DNA of 63,968 nt, filler included, from Reclinomonas americana ATCC 50394 (GCA_048213135.1; 9 parts of 6 records of this genome joined end to end with filler, not necessarily neighbours in it), one strand, 5' to 3'; positions 12,487 through 27,180 are shown, counted from the whole stretch's first letter. Numbers and translations: made by a program. The notes: generated by a model not told the origin, from the letters alone.

Positions 12487-13260
12487 AAACGATGACAGAA
12501 AGACAACTAGCCGTCCCGGCGGACAACACCGACGTGNNNNNNNNNNNNNNNNNNNNNNNNNNNNNNNNNNNNNNNNNNNNNNNNNNNNNNNNNNNNNNNN
12601 NNNNNNNNNNNNNNNNNNNNNNNNNNNNNNNNNNNNNNNNNNNNNNNNNNNNNNNNNNNNNNNNNNNNNNNNNNNNNNNNNNNNNNNNNNNNNNNNNNNN
12701 NNNNNNNNNNNNNNNNNNNNNNNNNNNNNNNNNNNNNNNNNNNNNNNNNNNNNNNNNNNNNNNNNNNNNNNNNNNNNNNNNNNNNNNNNNNNNNNNNNNN
12801 NNNNNNNNNNNNNNNNNNNNNNNNNNNNNNNNNNNNNNNNNNNNNNNNNNNNNNNNNNNNNNNNNNNNNNNNNNNNNNNNNNNNNNNNNNNNNNNNNNNN
12901 NNNNNNNNNNNNNNNNNNNNNNNNNNNNNNNNNNNNNNNNNNNNNNNNNNNNNNNNNNNNNNNNNNNNNNNNNNNNNNNNNNNNNNNNNNNNNNNNNNNN
13001 NNNNNNNNNNNNNNNNNNNNNNNNNNNNNNNNNNNNNNNNNAGAAGGGGCGAAGGGAGGACAGGGAATAGTGGCAGTGTGTCAGTTGACTGTCAGGTTTG
13101 GCTTCATGCTGGCAGACAGATGCTTGCAAAATGCAGGCTCAAATGACTCTCTCTGTCTCTTTCTCACTCTCTTTCTCTCTCTCTCTATCACACACACACG
13201 CGGACGGAGTTTCCCTCGACTCAGGAAAGCAAGCAGACACGAAGCTGACAACGGCAACAT

Positions 13261-16200
13261 TCAAGTGCAACAGGCACACCGACATAAATCAAGAAAGCTT
13301 GCGCATGCTACAATTTCACGCAACTCGTCAGAGTCGGTGCCTGAGCCGCCCGCAAAGTCCTCATCGTCGGACTCGGTGGCCGCCTCATCCTCCTCCTCTT
13401 CGTCGTCGTCCTCGCCAGCGAGTGCGTCCAGCTCCTTTTGGCGCTCGAGTTCCTGCAATGGAGGGGAAGGAGAAGGGCAAGAGAGGTGAGTGCAAAGGAG
13501 AACGGTGAAAGGGAGAAATCGGAACGGACACACATAAAGAACTACTGGGAGGCAGAGAATGGTGGATGGGAAAGGAAAAAAGAAAGGAGACAGAGGAAAA
13601 GGAAAAAGAAAAGAAAGAGGAAAGATACAGGAGGAAGGCAGAAAATGATGAACAGGCAAGAAAATCAGTGGAACTGGAAGGAGAAAGAAAACATGGGAGT
13701 GGACAGAGAAGCAAACAAGCAGAAAGAGAATGGCAAAGCAACGTGAATCAACGGAGAAAGGAGAAGGAGGCTATTCCAAGAGAAGAGAGACCATGTACGA
13801 AAGGGGCAAGGAAATGCAGATAAACAAGAAATCGAGACGCAAAGAGAAAGGAGACAAGGAAACAGGGGTAGGAAGGCAAGAAAAGAATGGACAAGAAACG
13901 ACATGGAAGCGAATGGAGACAAGGAAACAGAGGAGTGAGCGAAAGCAAGGGAAACTGAAGGGCAAGAGAGAAAAGGAACGGAAACGGGATGGCAAGTGGA
14001 CGAGAAAAGGAGATATAAGGAGACTGGAGACGAAAAAGGGAATGGTGACAAGGAAACGAAGAGTGAGCGAAAGCAAGGGAAACTGAACGGCAAAATACAA
14101 GGAAACGTAAAGAGAAAGGGAGGGAACGGCGAACGGACAAGAAACTGGAAAGAGAAGGAGACAAGGATCTTTAACTTCTCGCTGACTCTTCTCGCTGCTC
14201 TCTTTCCTTCTCGCTGCCCTCTTCCTTTCACTGCTCTCTTCTCTCACTGCTGCTCTCTTCTCGAAAGAATGAGACAGGCGAAAAAAGGGCGAACGCGCGA
14301 GCAACCAGCTGCAGAAAGCCAATGCGATACAACGAAAAAACAAGGAGAGACGACTTGTATACAATTAAAGGAAAGAAATAGAGAATAGAAAAGAAGCATG
14401 CAAAACAGAAGGGACGAGTCTCTTCTCTTTCCCTCTTTGCCTCTCTTTCCCTCCGCCCTTTCCCCATTCCCACCCTTTCCCCTTTTCCGACTCACCGACT
14501 TGGCCCTCTGCATCTGAATATTCTTCTCCTTCAGATAGTTGGCCAGCGGCTCGTACTCATCCTTCGCCACATTGTTGAAGAGGTACGACTCGCCCGTGGT
14601 GGTGGTGACGCTAAACTCGAAATGCTTGCCCGAGCCGGCACCCTCCGTGCGCTTGAACTTGACGGCGCTAATGGCCTCGTGGCGAATAATCAACACCGGC
14701 TTGTGCAGGAAGACCACGTTGCGCTCCAGCGGGAAGAAGGAGCCCTCGTCGGCCTTGTACGAGCAGCGGATGCACGAGTGGCCGTCGGCGCTGTGCACAA
14801 TGTGAGGTCCAAGGTGGGAGTGAGGGCAAGGGCACTTGAGTGAAAGCGTACCTCTTGAAGTGACCCGGGCCAAGAATCTTCTTCTTGGTGAACGCACGCA
14901 GCGTCTGGCCGAGGATTTCGTAGAAACGGCCGCTGATCGTGTGCGACAGACCCATTTCCTTGAGCTTTTCTCTGCAAGAGGGGTGAGTACAGGAGATGAG
15001 AGAGTCTGTCTTCAGTCGCGCACACAAACGCAACTCGGGCAGGTGGATGACCAGTGGATCACTCTCGTCAACCACTTCCTCCTTGTCGAGGTTGAACACC
15101 AGGTTCGGGTACATGGTTTGGCCGAGACGCACGGCGGGGTCCAGCGAGACCTGTGTGGCAAATGGGGAGAGGGGGAGGGAGAGGGGGAAGGGAAGGGAAT
15201 GAGGGGAAAGGGAATGGGGGAAGGGAATGGGAAGGGAATGGGAAGGGAAGGGAATGGGGGAAGGGAAAGAGGACGCGAGAGATGAAAATGGTAGTGAAAA
15301 GCAGAAGGAGAATAGAAAGAAAGCGGTGGAAATGCGGGCAGACAGTGCACACGATACGAGGGACAACAAACGTGGGGGTAAGCAGAAAGGGCTCAGAGGG
15401 AGCATGAGAATGACCAGCGACTAACAGATCGCATTCAATGCACAACTGCGAGAAAGCGCTGCAAAGTATACAAATAACGCAGACTTGCAGATCACTGACT
15501 TACAGAGAACAAACACATGAGTTGACTCACGAACGCTCAACGACAAAAGCGAGAGAAATACAGAGAAGATGCAGCGTGAATCAGGCTAACATCTGAGGAG
15601 GGACAATCGAGAGTCAACACACAACTGCAATGGTGAGAGAAGCACAGGAGTATGAGAGGGGTCAGACAGACAACACAGGAGAGAGAGAGAGAGAGAGAGT
15701 CATCCACGAGGCGAAAGAATGATCTCCGACAACCCCTCCACAAAGTCGATAAACCACTTCTCCTCATCAACGAACCACCAAGAACGTGTGCACATCGTCG
15801 GCCTTGGGCAGCATGAGCATCTTGGAGATGTAGCTGTACGGAATGCGGGTGTTGTACGTCGGACCGTGCAGCTTCATGACACCCTCGAACAGCTCAATGT
15901 CGTAGCGGCCTCTGCAAGACAACAATGAGTCGCGCGATGATGAATATTGCATGGTGAGTGCACCAACCTTGGCACCAGCATGGACAACTTCTGGAAGACG
16001 GCGGCCGCATCACCAGCACTGGTGACGTCGGTCATGGCGAGAATGCGCTTGACCAGTTGCTCGTGGCCTGCATGCCCGAATACAATGAGACTGATGGTAA
16101 GAGAGACAGTGGGAAGAATAGAGAGGGAAGAGAGAGGGAAATAGCGCGAGTGGAAGACAGAAACAATGAGAGAGAGAGAGAGCGAGAGAAAACAACGCGA

Positions 16201-17295
16201 AAAACAAACAGAACTGCTACAACTTCGACCACAATTGCACCTCTACTCTCGTATCTGCCATATCACCATCCCAACACACTGTAAGCCCTCCCAACAAGCT
16301 TATTATCCAGAACCCAAAACACATCACCTCCAAACAAACACAAACAAAAAGACACACCCTTCCCTCACATTCCACATCTTCGCATTTCCCCCTTTCCACA
16401 CTCTTCCCCTCAACCTCTCCTTTCCTTCCATATCCCCACCTGCCGCGGCCGCCGACCGCACCACCTCCCCATCCTCGTTCTCCTCCTCCTCCTCCGCCGC
16501 CCCATCAGCCGCCGCCGTCCCATCCGAGCCCAACGCCGGCACGTGCAGACGCACCTCGACCAGACCCTCGGCCATCTGCTCATCAATTACACACAGTCAA
16601 TCTCTGCGCCCTTCTTCTCGCACCCTTCCCCCTGCTTTCCGCAACATCCTGATCCCCCGAAAAATCCATCAGCACCTCGTTCTTGCCCTGCGCCACGCAC
16701 TGCGTAATGTCGGCCAGGTGCACCTCCAGCGTCGGCTTGTCGTCGACCATAAAGACGAGATTCTTGCCCTCGAACTCCACATTGCCCCAGTTCTTCCCCG
16801 ACGTGCCCAGCGTGCGCTTCTCCATGTTCTCCTTCACCTTCTTCGCGCGCAGATACGACTTGATCGTCTCAAAGTCGTCCTCGCGCAGGTTGAGAAAGTT
16901 GAGCTGCATGTCGGCGCCCATGCGCAGACGCAGGCGACAGTTGCGCGAGAGACGCGTCCACTCGGCGTCGGTCACCTCGCTGACGGGCAGCGACTTTTTC
17001 TCGCGGTCCTCCTCGGCGGTGTTGCCTTGCGAGCTGGTCCATTCGATTTTGTTGTTGCCGAGGCGGAGGGTGCCGACGCTCTGACAAGGGAAAGGGATTG
17101 TAAGGGAAAGGGATGAGGACAAGGGAAAGGGATGAGGAAAAGGGAAAGGGATGAGGAAAAGGGAAAGGGATGAGGAAAGGAGAAGGGATGAGGAAAGGGG
17201 AAGAGAAAGAGATGAGGAGAGAAAGAGATGAGGAGAGAAAGAGAGAGCACATTCGGTGTAATCAGCGGCGGCAGTGTGACGACGGTGGGTTCATT
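13261..17295 (-). CDS. SSRP1: FACT complex subunit SSRP1/POB3
   Basis: Exons encode SGKNWGNVEFEG, GKNEVLMDF, LVEVRLHVP, RGRYDIELF...KLHGPTY, VSLDPAVRLGQTMYP, IRCSYKADEGSFFPLERNVVFLHKP, YLFNNVAKDEY and an acidic tail ESDDEDF. Start and final exon boundaries are approximate. Confidence 0.95.
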
Positions 17296-18437
17296 GCAGG
17301 GCAGAGAGAGATGAAGAGATGAAGAGGGAAAGAAGGAGAGGATGGGAGCACAAAAGGTCGAAATGCGAGACAACGTCGAGATGCACAAGGCAGAAGAGGA
17401 AAAGGATGACGACGAAGGAGGAGAGTGAAGGGCAGGGGAAAAGGGCACAGCAGAATGCGATCATGTGGTGCAGGAAGCAGGTCGAGGAAAGGTCGAAATT
17501 AAGTAGAAGAGGAAGGAGAGGAAGAGAAGAAGGTCGACACAAGGTCGAAATGCACAGAGTAAGATGCAAGAGAGAGAAGAGCGTGCAAGGAAGAATTCTC
17601 TGACTCACGCAATGCCAGTAAACTTGCACATGAAGAGAGTGTGAGAGAATGAGTGTGTACATGTGTGTGAGAGAAACAGTGTGTGACAGTGTGTGAGTGA
17701 GCGTCTCTGTCAAAAAGTGCGACATGTCTTTGTTGTCAAGTTCACACTGGAATGACAACACACACACACACTGACTGACACAAACACACACACAGAGAGA
17801 AAGAGCAGTGTGTGCACACTGCGTACACACAGAGAGAGAGAGAGAAGAAAAAAGGAAAACACTCATCAATAAAAAAACGCAACTCGCTCTCTCCGCGCAC
17901 TCTCCAAGCACACCACATTATCAAACGTAGTCTTCTCCGCCGCCATCTCTCTCTCACACACAAACACTCACACTCAAAGCAAACCCCTGCTCGCGCGCGG
18001 GAATCCAACTGTCCACTGCGCAAACTTGTCCACTTATCTCTTATTGTGTTACCTTTTGTGTGCGCGGAAATGAGAGTCTCCTGGTCGTCGTGCACTGTGC
18101 ACGATGTGGTCGAGGAGGTGTGCATGCGTTAACACACACATTTGCACACTTTTATGCACACTTTTGCACACACTTGCACACACTCTCACTCTCTAAGGCA
18201 CACACGCGCTCAACCACACACTTATGCACACACAGACACACACGCATACACACACTTTCACACACTTTCATACACTTTTCGCACACTTTCACACACTTTT
18301 GCACACTTTTCACACACTCTTTCACACTCTCACTCATTCACACAGGAAAGGCACACATGCACTCACACATGCACACACTTTCGCACACTTTTTGCACACT
18401 TTCACACACTTTCCCACACAGAGAAGGCACACATGCA

Positions 18438-18471
<34 letters not shown>

Positions 18472-18805
18472 TACACTCACTTTTCACTCACAGAAAAGGC
18501 ACACATGCACTCCCTATAGCACACACTCTCCCTCAAGTGATCATTTACTCTGTGTTTTCTCGCTGTTTCCTCGGCTTTTTGTGCCTCACTTCTGCACACT
18601 CGCACATGCACTTGTGCTCTTTGGAGCAGAATGCACACAATGCACTCTTCTCCACACTTTTTCTGCGCAGTTTGCACTCTGCTGCTCTCTCTCTCTCACA
18701 GATGCACACATCGCTTTTCTGCAGTTTCACTCTGTTACACACTGCTCCTCATGCAAGGGTTAGGCGCGCCTAAAGTGTGCGGATTGTGCGTTTTATCCGT
18801 CGTCT

Positions 18806-18894
<89 letters not shown>

Positions 18895-19428
18895 NNNNNN
18901 NNNNNNNNNNNNNNNNNNNNNNNNNNNNNNNNNNNNNNNNNNNNNNNNNNNNNNNNNNNNNNNNNNNNNNNNNNNNNNNNNNNNNNNNNNNNNNNNNNNN
19001 NNNNNNNNNNNNNNNNNNNNNNNNNNNNNNNNNNNNNNNNNNNNNNNNNNNNNNNNNNNNNNNNNNNNNNNNNNNNNNNNNNNNNNNNNNNNNNNNNNNN
19101 NNNNNNNNNNNNNNNNNNNNNNNNNNNNNNNNNNNNNNNNNNNNNNNNNNNNNNNNNNNNNNNNNNNNNNNNNNNNNNNNNNNNNNNNNNNNNNNNNNNN
19201 NNNNNNNNNNNNNNNNNNNNNNNNNNNNNNNNNNNNNNNNNNNNNNNNNNNNNNNNNNNNNNNNNNNNNNNNNNNNNNNNNNNNNNNNNNNNNNNNNNNN
19301 NNNNNNNNNNNNNNNNNNNNNNNNNNNNNNNNNNNNNNNNNNNNNNNNNGAGAGGAGAGAAGAAGGGAAGGAGATTGAGAGAATAGCTTGGGGAATGACG
19401 AACCTCTGTTCTTCGCACGTTTGCGCAG

Positions 19429-22400
19429 TCGAACAGTATAGGATGAGGAACATAGATTCCGCATTGCTTACGTCCTGCCGCATTGCGTACAGTCGAGCCA
19501 ATCCTAATTCTGTCGATGTGGATGGGAAGACACCGCTGATGCTGGCCTGTGAATCGTCCATGTATGACAAGATTCCCCTGCTTGCGCAAGCTGGTGCCGA
19601 TGTTAATGCCACTGATCGAGGTTTGTTTCTTGTGTGGCTACTTCCACCACGCAGAATACTGTCTCTCCTCGTCAGCGTGCTCAAATCCAGCTCATCAGCT
19701 CTGTGCTCGTTATCTCATCCCTCCGTCTTCCCCCCTCCGTCTTCCCCCTTCCGTCTTCCCTCTTCCGTCTTCCCCCTTCCGTCTTCCCCCTCCGTCTCCC
19801 CCCTCCGGTCTCCCCCTTCCCTCTTCTCGCTTCCCTCTTCCCCCCCTCCCCTGCTTCCCTGTCCCCCTTCCTTCCTTCCCCTCTCACCACATCCCTTTCA
19901 CCCCTTCCCCCTGTCCCCCTCACAGACGGCTCAACATGCATTCACGTCTGCGCTCGCCTCAACGACGTCGACTCACTCCGCACGCTCCTCACCTGCGTTC
20001 GCGACGCCGCCAACCGCCACAGCCCGCAGCGCTTCATGCACCTCGTCAACGCCAAAGACTTCAAGAACGGCAGCACCGCAATGCACTACGCCGCCGACTC
20101 GGGATACGATCGCATCGTTGCTCTCTTGCTGGAGGTATTTTTGGTGGCTGCCCATCCCCTTTGCCTCTCCCCTCTCTCACTTTTGTCCAGAATGGCGCCG
20201 ACCTGTTCGCCCTCAATCGCGCCTCGTGCACACCGCTGGACCTCGCACCCGCCAGTCTGCGACGCAAACTCGGCCTCAGCACAAGTCCCACCGCACTACC
20301 GGTGACGGTGGCGCTGAGTGCACCCGTGTCGCGCTCCCGTTCTCCGATTCCAATGCGGTCCATGACGCCACCGGCACAGGGGGGCGGCTTGCGCGCCGCT
20401 CGTTCCGTCTCGCCCTCGTCACTGGTGTCGCCGTCGTCGTCGCCCGATGAGGGTGGCATGCGACTCGCTTTCCAGCAGCAACTGCAGATGCAGCCGCGAC
20501 ACATGGTCCGTCGTGCCGCCTCCGCCACTGCCGCCTCGGCGGCGGCGGCAGCAACGACAGCGACAACAGGAGGAGGAAACGGGAGCACCTCGGCCAGCGG
20601 CGCCCCCAGTGCACATTTCATGGTGTCGCCAAACTCGGAGCTACAGGAGAAGCTGCGGCTGGCGCAAGTGAATGCCGAGTGGGATGCGGCGGTCACCGAT
20701 CCAGTGTCACGCAGCGTCAGTCGCACTCCCGAGGAGCCACTGGTGGTGCTGAGTCCCGTCTCCACACCCTCGCTGTCGCCCCGCTCCGGGCACGGCGGCA
20801 GTCAGGACCAGGAGGACTTTGAGCGAGTGCGAGCGGCTATTGATTCGTCGTTTAACAGCATCGGCTCGGCGAGTCACTTGGTCGGTCGGTCGTTGCACAT
20901 GACGGTGAGTTGTGGTGGGGGGAAAGGGCGATGTGGAGGGGATCAGAGGGCTGACAGCGCAGCGCAGGACCTCGGCTTCCNNNNNNNNNNNNNNNNNNNN
21001 NNNNNNNNNNNNNNNNNNNNNNNNNNNNNNNNNNNNNNNNNNNNNNNNNNNNNNNNNNNNNNNNNNNNNNNNNNNNNNNNNNNNNNNNNNNNNNNNNNNN
21101 NNNNNNNNNNNNNNNNNNNNNNNNNNNNNNNNNNNNNNNNNNNNNNNNNNNNNNNNNNNNNNNNNNNNNNNNNNNNNNNNNNNNNNNNNNNNNNNNNNNN
21201 NNNNNNNNNNNNNNNNNNNNNNNNNNNNNNNNNNNNNNNNNNNNNNNNNNNNNNNNNNNNNNNNNNNNNNNNNNNNNNNNNNNNNNNNNNNNNNNNNNNN
21301 NNNNNNNNNNNNNNNNNNNNNNNNNNNNNNNNNNNNNNNNNNNNNNNNNNNNNNNNNNNNNNNNNNNNNNNNNNNNNNNNNNNNNNNNNNNNNNNNNNNN
21401 NNNGAGGTGGGCGCGGATCCCGGACGATCGCCGCTGGCCGTCAGCGAGCCCGCGCAGTCGGTGTTGCATTTCTCGCCGGCGCGGTCGGAGTTGGGTGCCA
21501 GCTCGGCGCGCTCGTCGCCATCGCAGTCGACGGCGCCGTCGGTGGCGGTGACAGGTGAGAGGAGGAAGGGGAAGGGTTGAAAGGGAACGGGGAGGGAAGG
21601 GAGGAGAGATGCAACGTCTGGGAGGTGGCAGAGTTGAGGGAGAGGAATGTGTGAGATGTCAATCGAGTGTGTGGATGCATGCAAGTCCAAGAAAGGAAGA
21701 AGAGAGAGTTGCTCTGTGGCATGGCGACTGATTTCAGTGTCATTACGATGTCAGTCGAGTGTGTGTGTGTGTGAGTGAGTGAGAGAGAGTGAGTGAGTGA
21801 GAGTGAGTGTGTGTGTATGCGAGGCCAAGAAAGGAAGAAGAAAGAGAGTTGCTTTGTGGGATTGCAGTTGTTTCCTGTGTCATTACGATGCCAGCCGAGT
21901 ATGCGTGTGCATGCATGCGATTCCAAGGAAGGAAGCAGAAAGAGCGTTGCCTTGTGGGATTGCGACTGCTTCTTTGCGAGACACACGGAAGAGTGTCCAC
22001 GGGATGACAGAATGAACTCTCTCTCTCTCGACTTCGCGTGTTTGGCACTCACTCTTTCCCCACTCACGCAGGCTTGAGTGACTCTGCGGTGTTCATGTGG
22101 CTCCACCCAGGGTCTCTCTCGCGCGAGAAGAAGCTCGTGCGCAGTGCATTTGAGGTGGTCGCGCCGCTGTCGTCCACATCTCGCGTAGTTCTGCGGAATC
22201 TGCGAATCGCGCAGACGAGGAGGAGCAGCCGGCGGCCGCTGTTTTACATGGTGAGTCCGTCTCACGAAGACTCGTGTTCATGTTGTCGTCGTTCCGTGTG
22301 TATCCTTCAGGCTCGATTATTGCATTCTGTTTTTTATTGCTTTTGTCCGCACCATTCCACTCTCTTGTCACAATCCGTCTTCTTCTCCCTCTGCCCCTCC

Positions 22401-23000
22401 CCTTATGCTCCTCTCCTTGTGCCCTTCTCCCCTCGCCCTTCTCCTTGTGTCTCATTCGCCACCGCAGCTATCCCGCACGGAACTCCTGACGTCACCCTCG
22501 CTGGACGTGGACATTCTGGAGGGCTCCCGTGTCACCTTTCACCTCGACGTGATGGTGTGCGGAACCGCGCCGATCCACGACGTGTTGTGCGAGCTGGTGG
22601 TGGAGAAGCGAGCGGGTGAGTGTCGTTTTTGTTCATCGAAGAGTGGCGCGTTGCTGACACACACGGGCAGACATGTGCACATCGGCGCGATGGGTGGATC
22701 TGGTGCCGCCATGTGAGAAGACGCTGACGCTTCCCGAGGTTTGAGTCTGGGAGGGAAGAGAAGAGAATGCTCTCTCTCTCTCTCTCTGTCTCATCAATCG
22801 TCATCTCGCAGATTACTGTCCCGTCTGGTGTCTTTAGTCGTGGTCAGCACGTGGCCGTGGTGCGAGTGGTGGATGGCGCTCGCGAGGTGCATTTTGAGAC
22901 GGAATTAATGCTTGGTATGTGTCCGTCCCATGCTCCTTTGGCCACTCGCCTCCACTCACGCATCCCCTCGACAGGAATCAAGAAAAAACTGTCGGGATAA
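19429..23000 (+). CDS. Ankyrin-repeat protein with Ser/Pro-rich middle and beta-rich C-terminal domain
   Basis: Ankyrin motifs DGKTPLMLACE...GADVNATD, DGSTCIHVCA, NGSTAMHYAADSG...NGADLFALN, TPLDLA. Later exons run to GIKKKLSG* at 23000. The 5' end and part of the middle lie in gaps. Confidence 0.8.
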
Positions 23001-23115
23001 AAGAGTAAAGAAATTAATGATGCGAGAACAACCAACCATGGTCGTCTTAGTCTTATGCATACACTGGTGCACGCGTGCCGCCCCGGGTGACGGCAGCAGC
23101 GCGACGCACGGAACA

Positions 23116-25340
23116 TTATACAAATGGACTAAAATTGCCGCCCTTGCGCTCCATCTCGTTGATCTGGTCGCGCAACTTGGAAGTCAGCTGGATGGTCTCC
23201 AGCAGCACGGCTCGCAGTTGGTCCTTGGTCTCTTGGCGCAACACGTGGGGCGCCTGCACGGCGCGTGTGTTGCGTGTGGCCCCGCCGGGGGGCAGCCTAG
23301 AAAAGGGAACGGTGGAGTGAGAAATTCGAGAATAAGCGGGGACAAGAGGGAACAGAGATACAGGGAAAAATAAAAGCAAATGCACTGAGAAAAGAGAAAG
23401 ACATGGGGAGAAGTGAAGAGTGAGAAACGGAAGAAGTTGCANNNNNNNNNNNNNNNNNNNNNNNNNNNNNNNNNNNNNNNNNNNNNNNNNNNNNNNNNNN
23501 NNNNNNNNNNNNNNNNNNNNNNNNNNNNNNNNNNNNNNNNNNNNNNNNNNNNNNNNNNNNNNNNNNNNNNNNNNNNNNNNNNNNNNNNNNNNNNNNNNNN
23601 NNNNNNNNNNNNNNNNNNNNNNNNNNNNNNNNNNNNNNNNNNNNNNNNNNNNNNNNNNNNNNNNNNNNNNNNNNNNNNNNNNNNNNNNNNNNNNNNNNNN
23701 NNNNNNNNNNNNNNNNNNNNNNNNNNNNNNNNNNNNNNNNNNCCCCCACTCACCATTCGCCTCCTCCACCTTCCTGGACGTACTGGCCAGCATCTCCGCC
23801 TCCGTGGCATTAATCTCCGCATCCACTCGTTTCCTCTCATCCTCCGCCTTGGAGAACATGCCACGAATGCGCTGCGCTGCCTTGGCGGTGCCGGAGGAGT
23901 CGGGACTGCTCGGCGCGTGCCGGTAGTGTGCCTGCTGCTGGTGGTGATCCATCGAGTCCATGGTGGAGCCGGTGGCGCCGAGCGAGCCAATCTGATTCGA
24001 CGGCGCCGATCGCGGTCGACCGCCGCTGGAGGCCGACAGAGGCCGCTGCGAGCCGCCGAGACTCTGCCGTGACCCGGGTCGGTTCATGCGATGCGGCGGG
24101 AGAATCGGCGGTGGGGTGGCCACCACACCGAGACTGCCACTGCTCTTTCGCTTGCCGCCCTGCCCGAACTGATTGACCGGCTGCGAGTAGGGCGAGGTGG
24201 CGAGCTTGTCGCGCATCGACGGCAGCGTGCCGCTGCCGAGTGGGCCCGATGAGCTGAGGACGGGGTCGGGGAGGCGCGAGAGCACGCGCAGTTGGTCCAT
24301 TAGTTCGTTGGCGTAGCGGTCGGCACGCATGCGGAGGGACGAGGAGGAGCCGTTGGTGGCGCCGGTGGCGGCCAGCGCGGAGGCGTGGAGGCCTTCCTGG
24401 GCGTAGTTGTGCATGGTGGTGTGCATGAAGAATTCGTCGTGGGCGGGGCCGGAGGGGGCGTGCCGGGAGTCTGATTGAGGAGAGGGGTGAAAGGGGAAGG
24501 GGAAGGTGTGGGTGAGGAGAAGGGGAAGTTTGGGGGAAGAAAGAAAGGCAATGAACAATGAGTGGTAAGAGGAGTGAGGATTGGGATGAGAGTGAGGAGA
24601 GATGCAAAGGTTGCATGCACATCACAGAGGCGAAATGTGGCACGCAGAACAGGGAAAGCAGAGAGCGGAGAACAAGATGAGTGCGGAGGAGGGGAGTCAC
24701 AGAACGCAGAATGCAGCACGAGGTGGAATGCACATCACAGAGGATTTGAATGAAGAATGGCAAAGAAAGAGCAGAGAGAGGAGAACACGATGGGTGCAGT
24801 GGAGGAGAGTCGTAGAACGGAGAATGCAGAGAAGGAGCTTTGGAGAACAGTACCGAAGTGGAATGCACATCACAGAAGATTGAAATGGAGAAATGGCAGA
24901 GAGAGCAGAGAGCGGAGAATAGGATGCGCGCGAAAGAGGCCAATGCAGGACAGCTTTGGAGAATAGTGCACGAGCTTCGGAAGAGAAGGTCGACTGACAC
25001 GAACAGCAAGCGCACCAAACGACTGATCCGCTGGCCGAGATCCCTTGGACGACTCGGGTCTGGAGCGACCTGAACCAGGCTCATTCTTGGCCGCACGATG
25101 TTGCTGCACGGTGAGGGAAACAGTCAGAACTCAACACACAGAGAGACCGTGTGACAAGAGAGAGAGAGAGAGGGCAAACCTCAGCAAGTGTCTCGATCTC
25201 GTCGTCGCCACCATCGTCGCTGGCATCGTCTCCAATGTCGCTGTTCGGAGGAAGAGAGAGAGAGATCGGATGTGAGAAAGAGAACACTGGAGTTCGTCGA
25301 GTGTTGACAATGAAGAGAGGAGAGGCTGCTTGATCAACAT
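23116..25340 (-). CDS. Hypothetical multi-exon protein with C-terminal coiled coil
   Basis: Probable start MLIKQPLL at 25340; large exon ~24470-23755; last exon ...QLTSKLRDQINEMERKGGNFSPFV*. GT-AG boundaries present. Confidence 0.55.
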
Positions 25341-25366
25341 TGCAACGAAGACAAGGCAGGTATGTC

Positions 25367-25444
<78 letters not shown>

Positions 25445-25855
25445 NNNNNNNNNNNNNNNNNNNNNNNNNNNNNNNNNNNNNNNNNNNNNNNNNNNNNNNN
25501 NNNNNNNNNNNNNNNNNNNNNNNNNNNNNNNNNNNNNNNNNNNNNNNNNNNNNNNNNNNNNNNNNNNNNNNNNNNNNNNNNNNNNNNNNNNNNNNNNNNN
25601 NNNNNNNNNNNNNNNNNNNNNNNNNNNNNNNNNNNNNNNNNNNNNNNNNNNNNNNNNNNNNNNNNNNNNNNNNNNNNNNNNNNNNNNNNNNNNNNNNNNN
25701 NNNNNNNNNNNNNNNNNNNNNNNNNNNNNNNNNNNNNNNNNNNNNNNNNNNNNNNNNNNNNNNNNNNNNNNNNNNNNNNNNNNNNNNNNNNNNNNNNNNN
25801 NNNNNNNNNNNNNNNNNNNNNNNNNNNNNNNNNNNNNNNNNNNNNNNNNNNNNNN

Positions 25856-27054
25856 TCCGCCGCCACTGCCGCCAACAGCGCAGTTGACGCCACCGACGCT
25901 GCCATTGCCGCGCAAGTCACCGCCAAAGCCGCCATTGTCGCAGGCGCACAGTGGTGAGTGGAGTAAGAAGAATGCGCCCACAATGACTACTCTTCTCACG
26001 TTTTCTCTCTGTAGGTGCCTGGGACGCCGCCGCCGCCGCCTCCTCCACGCCTAGCCCCCGTCGCCTCGCGCCACCCGCGTCACCTGGTGACGTCGCCGCC
26101 GCGAACAATTCACGTCCGCCTCTGGTGCCGCGCCTTGCGCTCGGCGGCATGTCGCCACCCGCTGCGTCGGCCACCGGCGTCATCTCCCGTTCGGCGCCCA
26201 CCTCTGCTCGCCGCACGTCCTCCTCGTCGCATCACGACGTGCGACAGCAGAGTACGGTGTCTCCGCACACCGACATTTCCTCGTCGCTAGTGACCACTGA
26301 CGTGGAGGACGACGACGACGACGATGACGATGACGGCACAGGCATCGATGTGGACGACGATGCTGACGATCGTTCGCAAGCCCACGGATCGGAGCTGATG
26401 AGTGGAGCCAGCTCGCGAGCCGGCACAGTGCCGCCAGAATCCATGACTGCCACCAGCAGTGTGGCGGGTGACACAGAGGAGCAGGATGAGGAACGCCATC
26501 ATCCAAATCATCATCATCATCATCATCATCACCACGCGCAGCAGCAGCAGCAGCAATCGGCACAATCGGCACGCGATAGCGACGCAGACGAGTCGGAGCG
26601 CCGGCAGCGTGCTCGCATGTCGAAGCAGGCGGGACCTTCGGATTCTGTCGGCACAAATGGAGCCACGCCGCCACCGCCGCCGCCACCGCCGAGCCGCACC
26701 CGGCATGTGCACATGAACGGGGTGGGCTCGTCGCCGCCTGCGCGACCACCACCTCGACCGGCAGTCGCGAATGGGCTGTCACCACCGACCAGGTTACCGC
26801 AACCGCCACCAGCGTCGTCGTCGCCCGAGGCACCATCGCACACGTCCAAGTCGATTGTCTCGGACCTGCTCAATATTTTCAGTCACATGGACGACGATGC
26901 GGTGTCGCCACTGTCGGCGCACTCGACGCGTGGCCACGAGCTGGCGGCTGAGGCGCTGCGTACCGACATTGACCAGTTGAAAACCAAGTTGCTCGACATG
27001 CAGCAGCGAGGCGAGGCCAAGATGAGATCGTTGCAGCGTGGTGGCGATGCTTGA
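25856..27054 (+). CDS. Hypothetical low-complexity protein (3' part): poly-D/H/Q/P tracts and terminal coiled coil
   Basis: Ala-rich exon after the gap, intron ~25954-26014, then a long exon ending ...LRTDIDQLKTKLLDMQQRGEAKMRSLQRGGDA*. Confidence 0.55.
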
Positions 27055-27180
27055 TGGAAGTGTAATTGTACGAGATACTTGACGAATCAGGGATGATGAT
27101 GACATAAGACAAAAGTGCACGTGAGCAGGTGTATCATGGCAGCATCACCCTCGATGACAACAACAATTCACTCACCAACC

